The notes below the pieces were generated by a model, which did no database searches, was not told the origin of the DNA, and saw nothing but the letters and a program-made list of their open reading frames with translations. Positions 1 through 11,326 of a stretch of 64,000 nucleotides of DNA are shown piece after piece; position 1 is the stretch's first letter, and each line of letters starts with the position of its first letter. Origin of the DNA: Eledone cirrhosa. Its lineage: Eukaryota. Location: positions 392,026,001 through 392,090,000 of the forward strand of contig OZ024741.1 of NCBI GenBank assembly GCA_964016885.1, given 5' to 3'. The translations under genes and the position numbers were made by a program.

Positions 1-178
1 TGTATGGAACTAAACATTATTGGGGCAATCCAGTTCTATTTACAATATATCTATCAACAATTAACAGATGATGCTATATGAGATATATAGTGGTAAAAAA
101 AAAACGAATTACAATAATAACCTCATTGAATTTCAAATCACTGATAATATTAATTTCAAGATTAAGTACAAATTTTAC

Positions 179-275
179 CTCAGTTGCTTCAAGCAAAGAA
201 GAGCCATATAAAGGACTTGCATTTGAACGAACCAAGTAGCGACAAATTGATGCATCTCCCTCAAGAGTGGTTTTA
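179..275 (-). CDS. EPRS: EPRS coding exon 3, GST-like N-terminal domain (KTTLEGDASICRYLVRSNASPLYGSSLLEATE); gene continues beyond the left edge
   Basis: Acceptor ttttcacag, donor gtaaaa, 97 nt. SICRYL..LYGSSLLEATE matches the EPRS motif SILRYL..LYGSNLMEHTE. Confidence 0.85.
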
Positions 276-457
276 CTGTGAAAATAAATTATAACAGGGC
301 TTAGGAATGAAACTATAATGATACAAACAACATAAATATTTTTTCCATTCAATGCAGCACAAATAAAAATTTAAAAAATTAAACATTTGCAGTTGACTTA
401 TTAATATGAATTATGTTGATATCATTTAAGGTTGATATCTCCCTAAACCTGATACTT

Positions 458-1361
458 AATAATAATAATAATAATGAAATTATTGTGTAAAGTGCTCAGG
501 TGCACTACAACTCGTCAAAGGTGTATGTATAGTACATAGAATAATACACAAATGTCAGGGAAGTGAATAGTGTATGAGTCATGGTATACATGTGTGTATG
601 TGTATGGAGGGGGAACATTAGCTGTAGTGTTGGCGGATCTCGGTAAGCATCGAGGCCTTAAAGGATGCAGTGTCTCGACAGCTAACAACTGATGCAGGTA
701 GTTTGTTCCATGCTTCAGCAACTCTGAGCGTGAAAAAATGTTTCCGAAAGTCATGGGAACTGTGCTGTTTCTGACTTTGTGGGCATGTCCACGTGTGTTA
801 GACACATGGAGATAAAAAAGGTACTCAGGGTTGTTGTTGGCAAGATGGTTAATAATTTTGTGGGTGTTTACCAAGTCAGTTGTCAGACGTCGGAGCTTCA
901 ATGTATCCATGCCCAGGGTAGCAAGGCGCTCAGAGTATGGTAGATGCCTGATGGAGGGTATGCGCTTGGTTGCACGTCTCTGAACAGTTTCCAGGCGGTC
1001 AATGTTCTGAGCAAGATAGGGGTTCCAGACTGGTGATGCAAATTCTAAGTGTGGCCGCACCATAGCCATGTACTGCCTTAAATAGATATCTGGAGAGCGG
1101 TTGACAAAGGTCTTGCTGAGTAATGCTAAGACACCCTCGGCCCTCTTGATAATTTTAGAGACGTGCTTCGTCCAACGCAAATCGCTGCTGACCGTAATGC
1201 CCAGGTCACGTTCACAAGAAGACTTCTTGGTATTAATGCTGTGGAGGGAGTATGTGGACGCTGGGTTTTTACTCCCAAAATGCATGGTGGTGCACTTGTC
1301 CACAGCCAGCTTGAGTTGCCAGTCTGAGATCCATTGTTGCATTGTGTCCAGGTCAGACTGC
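458..1361 (-). mobile_element. 5'-truncated CR1-like LINE (RT C-terminus plus 3' UTR, (TAT)n tail)
   Basis: ERDLGI..SDL.W..H, VRPHLEFASPVWNP and LETVQRRATK motifs; frameshift near 770; ends in an (ATT)n microsatellite. Confidence 0.9.
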
Positions 1362-1710
1362 TCGTAAATTACTAGATCGTTGTTTAGGGAAACTCCACAA
1401 GATTTGTAGTTGCAAGGGTGTCTGAAAATTAAAAGAATCAGCAACTTGTAGTGTTTCATCTTGCCTGGAATTGGCTATTTGCTGATAACCATAGAAAGTT
1501 ACAAATAAGTTTCATTTGATACTATGTAAAATAGACATGCCTTGTCTGTTTGCATTCAATTTGCCGTTCACTAAATTGCCATGCTCAATCGTATCTTTAT
1601 GGTTCCTGACATGCTTCTAAAAGGTTTTAGCTATGATAACAATAGCCCTCATTTACTTTTTTTTGAAAAGATTTGCATAAAGTTTTCATAGAACTGTTTC
1701 CAATTCTCAC

Positions 1711-1926
1711 TTAACCCTTTAGCATTTACAATACTCTATATTTACAATTGTTTTTCCATGGTAAAGACTTCACCTCACATAATATCGAATCTATGAGATT
1801 TTGATATTATTTATTTTGGGAACAATACCTTAACATCAGTATGAGCGCCCGGTTACACCCAGTTTGAACAGAAAGAGGTGAGTGAATTGTGGTCGGATAT
1901 GGCTGGTTTAAATGCTAAAGGGTTAA
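1711..1926. mobile_element. piggyBac-type MITE
   Basis: TIRs ttaaCCCTTTAGCATTTA ... TAAATGCTAAAGGGttaa, with TTAA at both ends. Confidence 0.75.
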
Positions 1927-2182
1927 GGGATTTAAGTAGAAAATGTAGTAGTTATCACAATGCAATTAACCCAATTTTCTGCTGGGAATCCACCCACATT
2001 ACCTTCCCTCCAATTATAAGCTAGCCAGTAACTATGGTTGTTTCTTTCCTGTGATGAATCCATGAGCTAATTCCTACTGTATTTGCTACATTCAATGCAC
2101 AACTTTAGTGAGTGATGAGGTTGATTCTTGATTGAACAGACCTATGACCAAAGGCATTCCAGCTTTGACCAACCTAACTTTA

Positions 2183-2395
2183 TTAAACTCCTTTGATACA
2201 AAACTACTTAAAATTACCCCTGGTTCTATCATACAAAACTGCTTGTTATAAAATGTTTATATTTATGTAAAAAGCTTTGTTAAATTATGTTCCAAACACC
2301 AAATATTAAATCCTTAATTTTTTTAATTATTTTCAAAATAATTTGAAAATCATAGGTAGTGTCTTTCATTAGGAATATGGTAATGAAAGGGTTAA
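2183..2395. mobile_element. degenerate piggyBac-type MITE
   Basis: ttaaactcctttgatac ... gtaatgaaagggttaa imperfect TIRs with TTAA ends. Confidence 0.45.
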
Positions 2396-2481
2396 TAGAT
2401 ATAGTGTATCTAAAGATACACAATTATTATGACAGTATAGGGGAGAGAGAACTCTTCAATCTTACATGACTTCTCTTTTAC

Positions 2482-2659
2482 TGGTGCTATAAAATGCACC
2501 CAGTACACCCTGAAAAATGGTTGGCATTAGGAAGGCCTCCAACTATAGAAACCATGCCAAAATATGGAACATATGAGAAAGATGTAGTCTCTCCGACCTA
2601 TTTAGTCGTGGACTGTGACAATTCATTCAACCTATAAGATGTTAAATGATAATGATGAT
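2482..2659 (+). mobile_element. old SINE/RTE 3'-tail fragment
   Basis: gcacccagtacac..ggttggcattaggaagg..tagaaacc..gatgttaaatgataatgatgat, similar to the RTE tails at 32450-32600 and 32840-33020. Confidence 0.6.
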
Positions 2660-2740
2660 TTGGTGGAGATTTGGCTGCTATTCCTAGCAAGTCAAATAAA
2701 CTGCTAAAAATAGCAACTAAATCTCCACCAAATCATCATT
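2651..2740. repeat. ~39-bp-arm imperfect hairpin
   Basis: aatgatgatttggtggagatttggctgctattcctagca / tgctaaaaatagcaactaaatctccaccaaatcatcatt. Confidence 0.85.
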
Positions 2741-3739
2741 TGTTTGTATTTGTACTGTTAATTGTTGTTTTATGATCAGATACTCTTCCTAGAGAGGGTG
2801 GGAGTATTTATTCTGGTACCAGCATTATACAGTTTCTCAAGATTAGTCATAAGTTTTATTTCAGATTTCTTGGTGGATATGAAAATAATAATGAAAAGAA
2901 TCAACTTAATTACTTAATAAGTGCTAAGAGAATGGAAAGGGTTGTACAGGCCCTTTTTACAAATGTCTATAAGAGGTTCTTTAGGAAGAACTACACATTC
3001 AGTCTTGCGACCTGTAGTCCCTTATATACTGGCACAAAGTAGGATTTCTTCTATGTCTATGTAATCTTAGATGGCTGTACAGTTAAGAAATTTGCTTTAC
3101 AAACATGTCGCCCTGAATTCATTTGCACTGCATGGAACTTTCAGTGAAGGTCTTTTGTCATTGACTCAGGTTGATCAATGCCTTGTGAATGGAATTTAGT
3201 AGACAGTGTGGAAACTTGTATATCATGAGGAATGATTAAACAAAAATACCATGTGGGATTTAGCCTATGTTACATCCCATCAATGCAAAGGTAGACAAAA
3301 TCAATAAAATAAGTACCAGCCAAAGTACCGGAGTTGATACAATCAACTAAATTTCATCAAGCTGGTGTACTAGACATAGCCACAGCCTGAAGACTGACAT
3401 TAGTAATAGAAAACAAATAAAATAGCAAAAAGATCTGTGTTCTGAAACTTTATAATAGATGTGTGTTTGGGTTAGTTCACTTGCAAAATGATATCTAAAA
3501 GAATAACTTGGAAGTAATTTTGCAAAAAAAAAAAAAACCTGTCTACCTGACAAAGGAAAATATGTTACAAAATAATTTCCATTATTTCACCCAGTCAGCA
3601 CTAAAATATCCAACTGTAAAAAAAAAAGTGGGGAAGGGTAAATATATCTAAAGCAGTGTAATGATAATTTAGTGAATGTGTAAGTTTGACTTAAAAGAAA
3701 TGTAGTGAACAAGTAAAATTTGGGGGAGTATAACTGTAC

Positions 3740-3830
3740 CTGTCTATTTCAATAGAATTGATATTTAGGTATTCAACACAACAAGAAAATTTTGACGATG
3801 ACTTGAAGTTTTCAATGACCAGCAGAGTGG
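3740..3830 (-). CDS. EPRS: EPRS coding exon 2 (ATLLVIENFKSSSKFSCCVEYLNINSIEIDS)
   Basis: Acceptor ttgtttttgttttacag and donor gtacag. 91 nt open, phase 1 to phase 2, in frame with both neighbours. Resembles the human segment GALLAVEHVK... Confidence 0.75.
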
Positions 3831-4007
3831 CTGTAAAACAAAAACAAATGGTGTATGAATATGGCATTACTCACCAAAATACTATTTTCTAATTTCATAT
3901 GCAATTTTGTAGACTTTAGCAAAAGTACAACTTGGAAAGACAGAAAGCAGAAAAATACTTCCAAGAAATAGTATAACACATCCCTCAATTGGATCTTTGA
4001 AGGCAGT

Positions 4008-4729
4008 TAATAATAATGAAAATATTGTGTACAGTGCTCAGGTGCACTCCAACTCATCAAAAAGTGTATGTATAGTACATAGGGTAATGTAAAAACGTCA
4101 GGATATACATATGTGTGCATGTGTATGGAAGGGGTACATCAGGTGTAGTTTTGGCGAATTTCGGGAAGCATGAGGGTTTTAAAGGATGCAGTGTCTCGGC
4201 AGCTAACAACTGACGCAGGCAGTTTGTTCCATGCTTCAGCAACTCTAAGCGTGAAAAAATGTTTCCAAAAGTCATGGGAGCTGTGCTGTTTTCTTATTTT
4301 GTAGGCATGCCCACATGTGTTAGACACATGGAGATAAAAAAGGTGCTCAGGGTTGTTGTTGGCGAGATGGTTAATAACTTTGTGGGTGTTTACCAAGTCC
4401 ATTGCCAGACGTTGGAGCTTCAATGAATCCATGCCCAGGGAAGCAAGGCGTTCAGAGTATGGTAGGTGTCTGATGGAGGGTATGCGCTTGGTTGCACGTC
4501 TCTGAACAGTTTCCAGGAGGTCAACAATGTTCTGAGCAAGATAGGGGTTCCAGACTGATGATGCGAATTCCAAGTGTGGCCGTACCATAGCTGTATACAG
4601 CTTTAAATAGATGGCTGGAGAGTGGCTAACAAAGGTCTTGCTGAGTGATGCCAAGACACCCTCGGCCTTCTTGACAATCTTAGAGACATGCTTTGTCCAA
4701 CGCAAATCGCTGCTGACAGTAATGCCCAG
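4008..4729 (-). mobile_element. 5'-truncated CR1-like LINE, same family as 458-1361
   Basis: ORF 4139-4705 (VRPHLEFAS..LETVQRRATKRIP..FFTLRVAEAWNKLP); same 3' UTR and AAT tail. Confidence 0.9.
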
Positions 4730-5161
4730 TTGTTATTGTTTAGTCATAGGTCAGACAGCTTAGAAGTTTTTCAGCTGCTACCATATTGCTATTTAACATT
4801 TGCTGTCATAAGGTAGTTAACTTAGGGATTTGAGTTCCAAAAAATAAACAAAGAGTTTGAAAGATCAGGGGTTGTTGTGCAGTAGAATGAGATGAAGTGG
4901 GGACAGAAGGAATTTACAGCTGCAGAACAATTCACACACACACACCATTTGAAGTATATAAATCTATTTTGTTAGTATTTGAAGGAATTAGTTGTTTCAA
5001 TTTCAACTTAAGATGAAAATGTAATTACAAATGCAACCAAAATATATTTATACACTTCAAATGAAAACAAAATATGTTTAAATACACAAAAAGCACTGCA
5101 GCTGTAAATCCCCTAACCTGAATCAGTTTCAGATTTAAAATAAAGGAGAAGACGGCCAGAG

Positions 5162-5275
5162 TCAGAAAAGCGTTGGCAGTTGTCCTCTGCTACTTCTGCT
5201 GGAATCCGCTAGACAATAGCTTTTCAATATTCATAGCTAAAAGGCTTTCCAAATGTTTATTCGTAAACATATATG
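5162..5275 (+). repeat. dispersed repeat, copy 1 (copy 2 at 6667-6786)
   Basis: tcagaaaagcgttggcagttgtc..ggaatccgctaga..tttcaatattcatag..aatgtttattcgtaaacata is shared by both copies. Confidence 0.8.
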
Positions 5276-6020
5276 TGTTTATCTATCCTTATCATTTAAC
5301 TCCATTTTCCCTGCTAGCAAGGATTGGATGGGTTTTCATAGACCGGGTCAATAATGAAGCGTAGCTACTACCTCTCAGATGGGCCAGGGGCCTCCATCTT
5401 GTTTATTTACATTCCCCGCACTCTACCAGATGCTTAAGTGAAGAAACTTATGCCAACAAAATTTCAAGCTCAATGTAGTTCCAATCATTAAAAAAACAAA
5501 AACAAATCAATTCAGCCTTAGTAGAAACCATACAGTATTAGGAATTAGACTTTGAGTAAACAAATGCAACATGTTGTATGAATGCAGATGTACAGAGCAC
5601 ATAAATGATAATGGTAGAAACTAAAATGAAAAAAATTGTCTTACATTTTTTAACAAGAAAGATATGAAACTGAAAGACTTGTCTGTATATTACAATCTGA
5701 GCATTGACTTGAAGAATTTGCCATTAACAATTAATTTCACTGAATCCTGTATTATCAGAGACTGCCTAAGTGAACTATTTATTTTATTCGCAAAGTTGGC
5801 TTTAAAACCATTGATGATTACATAAATATGAAAAAGAAATGTAAAAACAAAATTAAGTAATTAGAAAGGGGGTAAGGAGTAAAGAAGGGCAAATCTGGCT
5901 GTATGGGAAAGTAAAGAAAAGGACTATAAATGTCATGAGAGGAAAAGGAAGGAAAAAGCAAGGACTCGTGGGCCACAGAAGAGAGGGACGGAGAAGGGAT
6001 GAGGGTAATGAGCCCTGAGC

Positions 6021-6510
6021 CTAGTGGAGGGCGGTGTTTGGGCTGCACCGCACGGACAAAACTGTAAAGGCGTTTCTGCGGACAATGGCCAGCGACACCC
6101 ACTGCAACAGCCACCCCACCTCGTGGGGCTCCTTCCCCAGGCAAGCTGTTGACATTGAGGAGGAGCTCGGCATTACTGGTTCCAAGGACGCCTGGGGTCT
6201 CAACTAGTGCGAAGAGGAAGCGGCCAGACAAGCCCCAGTATTTGTTTGTCTTCCTGTCCTCTGCAGGTCGCAGCAACTAAGTTGGAAGCGGAGAACATGT
6301 CACAACATGTGACATCCCAGATGAGGGATTTACCTCCTTCAAATGGGAAGAGGGTAATTCTTTCGAGGCCCTTCCCATCACCAGGGTTGAGGGCTGCTGG
6401 TTCCAGTTGAGATGGGAAGCCAGCTGCATCCAGGTTTTTTCTCAATATATTGTTCAGAACGGCATGTCAGGGGAACCGGCCTGCGTCATTACAGTGGCTA
6501 CAGGCCAAAC
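6021..6510 (-). mobile_element. degenerate CRE-like non-LTR retrotransposon C-terminus (restriction-like endonuclease)
   Basis: Across frames: CSHC..AGRFP*HAVLNNILRKNLDAAGFPSQLEP..DGK..ITLFPFEGGKSLIWDVTCCD / EDRKTNKY..VETPGVLG / EPHEVGWLLQWVSLAIVRRNA. This is the motif order of CRE-clade RLE domains. Confidence 0.8.
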
Positions 6511-6666
6511 TAATCAATGACATTTATGTGGTTCACACATGAGGAGGCCGAGGCATTGGGCCACTTCAATGCGAGTGCTTCCCCTGCTCTCTGCTGGAAT
6601 TTGAGACAGGCGAAAATATATGTAGATGGAGTTGTCAAGCTGGCTCAGATTGAAAGTAGAATTAAA

Positions 6667-6786
6667 TCAGAAAAGCGTTGGCAGTTGTCCCCTGCTACTT
6701 CTGCTGGAATCCGCTAGATGGCACTAGCTGCCAGCCTTTCAATATTCATAGTTAGAAGGCTTTCGAATGTTTATTCGTAAACATAC
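6667..6786 (+). repeat. dispersed repeat, copy 2 (copy 1 at 5162-5275)
   Basis: Direct repeat of 5162-5275. Confidence 0.8.
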
Positions 6787-6926
6787 CATATATCATTAGA
6801 TTTACAAAATTCACATACATATATTCACATACATGCCGGAGCGAAAACTTTAATATATATATATATTTATATATAGCTAGTTAATGGTGAATAAAATGAG
6901 TTGAACATATTCCGATTTTGATCCCC

Positions 6927-7025
6927 CGTGCATCTGATGAGAAAATCGTTCCCAGAGTGGAAGCTGGTTGCAATCAATTATGGCTGCAAGCTAGTCAGTC
7001 ATTTGCGAAACACGTGTTAAGCGTG
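6927..7025 (+). ncRNA. type I hammerhead ribozyme motif (long stem II)
   Basis: cgtgcat-CTGATGA-g..c-GAAA-cacgtg-TT-aagcgtg. Palindromic stem III, GUU site, stem I with one mismatch. Confidence 0.65.
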
Positions 7026-7181
7026 ATTACGAATAAAATATGTCAAATAATAACTTCGAACTCTCATTCGTTTTATATTTGAGAGGGTGAAGAGAGAGAG
7101 AATAGAACTGGTGTTTTAAAAAAATCTTATTCAAAGAGTGACAAAAGTCAAATAAATATGAAAACAAAACCACAAACATAA

Positions 7182-7500
7182 TCTATATATATAAAACTGT
7201 AGTTGTCTGTGTGTGTGTGTGTCTCTCTCTCTCTCTCTCTCTCTGTGTCCTCATTTTTGCAAAGTCTATACAAATCCACATTTCTACTCCGATTGACTTC
7301 AAACTTGCATTTATATATTCCGTGCGGTCTAAAGATACTAACTGCAGCTTTTATTTATCAATTTTCTGTTGTTAAAAGGGTGTTAGGTGCCGGTTATCGA
7401 TATCCGTCGAGCCCTTATAATATCTGTCTGTATGTCTGCATAATGACATTCTGACGAACACGTCATTGCTGATGTATTATCTTCGCTACATTAACACACA
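7182..7500 (+). mobile_element. non-autonomous Helitron 5' part
   Basis: A|TCTATATATATAAAA start followed by (GT)/(CT) microsatellite, as in many non-autonomous Helitrons. Candidate 3' end at 16279. Confidence 0.55.
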
Positions 7501-7517
7501 CATATATATACATATAT

Positions 7518-7859
7518 CATCATCATCATCATTTCATTTTACGTCCGCTTTTCCCTGCTTGCAAGGGTGGACGGGAACTGATTCTGGCTTGATTTCTACA
7601 GCTGGATGCCCTTCTTAACACCAACCTCATTTACAGTGAGTGCTGGGTGCTTTTTTTGCCGTGGCACCTCCACAACCACTTTGCAGTGGAATGATATGGA
7701 CCCCAGTCCTATCATCTCATTTCTACAGCTGAGTAAACTGGAGCAATGTGAAATAAAGTGTCTTGCTCAAGGAAACAACACATCACCCGGTCTGAGAATT
7801 GAACTCACAACCTTTCGATTGCAAGCCCAATGCTCTAACCACTAAGCCATGTGCCTCCA
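7518..7859 (-). mobile_element. tRNA-derived SINE with RTE-derived 3' tail
   Basis: A box TGGCTTAGTGG and B box GTTCAATTC; body CCTTGAGCAAGACACTT; tail nearly identical to the 3' end of the RTE at 13853-13912; (GAT)n end. Confidence 0.85.
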
Positions 7860-7877
7860 TATATATATATATATACA

Positions 7878-7987
7878 CATCATCATCATCGTTTAATGTC
7901 CATCTTCCACGCTTGCATGGGTTTGGATGTGAATTTTTCCACTTGAGGCAAGATTGGTTGTCTTGCTCGTATAGGACTGTCTGGCTA
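7878..7987 (-). mobile_element. RTE 3'-terminal fragment
   Basis: Matches 8309-8422; (CAT)n on the plus strand. Confidence 0.85.
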
Positions 7988-7989
7988 GA

Positions 7990-8225
7990 TTTTGGATAGA
8001 GAACTGTTCAAGTATGGAGACGCAGAAGAAACCTTCTTCAAAAAGATGCTATATTTAATATTTTTGTCTTTCAAGGACCATATGAGTTCTGAGAGAGCCG
8101 TGTTGGTTCTTTTAAGTTTGTATTTAAAAGACGAATGATGGTTATAAAGACGAGCTTTAAAAGAGGTGGAAGTGGAGCCAAAATAGGTGAAGGAATTGGT
8201 GTCAGTTATAACTTTACATTCGTAA
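7990..8225 (-). mobile_element. Penelope-like GIY-YIG endonuclease fragment
   Basis: YECKV..TYFGST..FKARLYNHHSSF..TALSELIWSLKD, homologous to the EN at 13120-13340. Confidence 0.8.
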
Positions 8226-8236
8226 TATATATATGT

Positions 8237-8308
<72 letters not shown>

Positions 8309-8310
<2 letters not shown>

Positions 8311-10156
8311 TCATCATCATCATCATCGTTTAACGTCCATGTTCCACGCTTGCATGGGTTTGGACGGGAGTTTTCCCACTTGAGGCAAGAGTGGTTGTCT
8401 TGCTCGCATAGGACTGTCTGGCGGGTTTTCTACGGCTGGATGCCCTTCCTAACACCAACCACGTTTACAGTGTGGACTGGGAGGTTTTTACCGTGTTACC
8501 TACACGGCCACATTACAGCGTGGACTGTGTGTTTTTTTTTGTTGTGACACTTACACGACCTCATTTATTTAGGACTGGATGTTGTGGTACCAACATAACT
8601 TTACATCGAAAGAGGTGGTGTGGATGGGGTAAGGGTGTATTTTTGTTAAGAGGTGCCTACTGACTGTAGGTTTCGCTTTAGGCAAGGTGGGTCTTCTGTA
8701 TTACTATGTAGCGCCAAAGATCTCGGTCCAGTGACATTGTCTTGGAGAGGTGTAAGTGTATGAGGTCGGAATTTATCAAGTCGTCCCAGGTTTTTCTGGG
8801 TCTGCCTACTCCGTGGCTACCGTCTATTTTTATCACCCTGCACTTTTTTATACAGCTGTCGTCTTTCATGCACATCACGTGACCGTACCAACATAGTCTT
8901 CCCTCAAGTAAACAACATCTGATCCCTCTAATTCCTAATTTCTCCCTTAGTTCATTTATGCTTTGCCGTTCACGTATATTACTATTACACATCCAACGGA
9001 GCATGCAAGCTTCGTTTCTCTCCAGTCTGCGTATATCCTCTGCACACAATGCCCAAGTCTCACTGCCATGTAACATTGCTGTTCGTATGCAGGCATCATA
9101 CAGCCTGCCTTTCATTTTTAGAGAGAACCATTTAGCAGCCAATAGTGGTATAAGCTCTCTGAACTTTTTCCATCCTGTTCTGACTCTAGCTACTGTACTT
9201 TCAGAGGACCCTCCACCACTGCTGATTTTGTCACCCAGGTAACGGAAGGTGTCCACTATTTCTATAGAACCATCTGTGCAATGGAAGGAGCTAGTATTCT
9301 GTGGGCACTTGCTGCTACTTATTTCACCTGAGCACTGGACACATATAAAATCTATATTCTTAGTTAGCTTACCTGTGATCCCACTACATCTTTTATGCAC
9401 CCATACTTTGCATTTGGGACATAAAATGGAGTTTCTGCCTACTCCTTTCCTACACACTGAGCATGGCCATTTCCCAGACGGGACCAGTGTCCTATTTTCC
9501 TTCCTACAAACTAGAACTTTAGTCTTAGACAGGTTAATTTTAAGGCCTTTTGATTCTAGGCCGTGCTTCCATGTTTGGAATTTCTTCTCTAGTTCAGCCA
9601 TTGATTCAGCTATGAGCGTTAGATCATCTGCGTATAGGAGTTCCCATGGGCAGCCGGTCTTGAACTTCTCTGTTATAGCCTGAAGGGCAATAATAAATAG
9701 TAGGGGGCTAAGGACGGAGCCCTGATGAACACCAACTTTTATGCTAAACTCTTCACTATATTTGTTGTTAATTCTAACCTTGACTGTTTCTTTATACATG
9801 GCTTGTATAGCTCTCACAAGCCATTCGTCAACACCTAGTTTTCTAAGAGCCCACCAGATAATGGAACGGGGGACTCTGTCGAAGGCTTTCTCCAAGTCAA
9901 CAAAAACTAAGTATAGGGGTTTACTTTTAGCTAGGTACTTCTCCTGTAGTTGTCGTACAATGAAAAGAGCATCTGTAGTACTTTTACCTGACACAAACCC
10001 GAACTGCCTTTCATCTAGATCAATTCGCTCTCTGATTAGTTGCGCTATTACTTTTTCTGTGACCTTCATGACCTGGTCAATTAATTTAATGCCTCTATAG
10101 TTTTCCCTATCTAGGGCATCTCCTTTACCCTTGTAGCAATTAATGATGCTGCAGCT
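8309..10156 (-). mobile_element. 5'-truncated RTE LINE (open RT ORF with PHD-like insert, 3' UTR, (GAT)n tail)
   Basis: QFGF..STTDA, FVDLEKAFD, GVHQGSVLSP, LLYADD, GRPRKTW. The N-terminal part of the ORF-track protein is microsatellite read-through. Confidence 0.95.
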
Positions 10157-10246
10157 ATATATACATATATACACATATAAATATATATATACAAACACAT
10201 ATATATATACATATACAAACACATATACACATACAAACACATATAT

Positions 10247-11150
10247 AGTGGTGGAGGGTGCTCTGAAAGAACAGTAGCTAGAGTCAGAACGGGATGGAAA
10301 AGTTCAGAGAGCTTATACCACTATTGGCCGCTAAAGGGTTCTCTCTAAAAATGAAAGGCAGGCTGTATGATGCCTGCATACGAACAGCAATGTTACATGG
10401 CAGTGAGACCTGGGCATTGTGTGCAGAGGATATACGCAGACTGGAGAGAAACGAAGCTTGCATGCTCCGCTGGATGTGTAATAGTAATATACGTGAACGG
10501 CAAAGCATAAACGAACTAAGGGAGAAATTAGGAATAAGATGGATCAGATGTTGTTTACTCGAGAGAAGACTACGTTGGTATGGTCACGTGATGCGCATGA
10601 AAGACGACAGCTGTATAAAAAAGTGCAGGGCGATAAAAATAGACGGTAGCCAGACCCAGAAAAACCTGGGACTTGATAAATTCCGACCTCACACACTTAC
10701 ACCTCTCCAAGACAATGTCACTGGACCGAGATCTTTGGCACTACACAGTCATACAGAAGACCCGCCTTGCCTAAGCGAAACCTACAGTCAGTAGGCACCT
10801 CTAACAAAATACACTCCCATCCCACTACCTCCACCCCATCCACACCACCCCCTTAAATGTGAAGTTATGTTGGTACCACAACATCCAGCTCGAAACAAAT
10901 GGGGTCGTGTAGGTGTCTAGAAAAAAAACACACACACAGTCCACGCTGTAATGTGGCCGTGTAGGTAACACGGTAAAAACCTCCCAGTCCACACTGTAAA
11001 CGTGGTTGGTGTTAGGAAGGGCATCCAGCCGTAGAAAACCCGCCAGACAGTCCTATACAAGCAAGACAACCAATCTTGCCTCAAGTGGGAAAACTCCCGT
11101 CCAAACCCATGCAAGCGTGGAAGATGGACGTTAAACGATGATGATGATGA
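10247..11150 (+). mobile_element. 5'-truncated RTE LINE, inverted relative to 8309-10156
   Basis: KFRELIPLL..LHGSETW..RLRWYGHV; same 3' UTR; (GAT)n then (TA)n. Confidence 0.95.
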
Positions 11151-11326
11151 TATATATATATACACATATACATATATATAAATATACACATAAAAGTATA
11201 TGTATATATATACACACACACATATATACATACATACATACACACACATATATATATATGCATACATACACACACACATATATATGTATCTGTATGTATA
11301 TATATATATATATATATATTTATTTA

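Noticed and set aside
7785-7859. tRNA gene
   Set aside because: A and B boxes are present, but it continues into a SINE body and tail and has no clean acceptor stem.
8958-10100. Antisense ORFs over RTE RT (also 14501-15289 and 30261-31931)
   Set aside because: Shadow frames of the RT coding strand.
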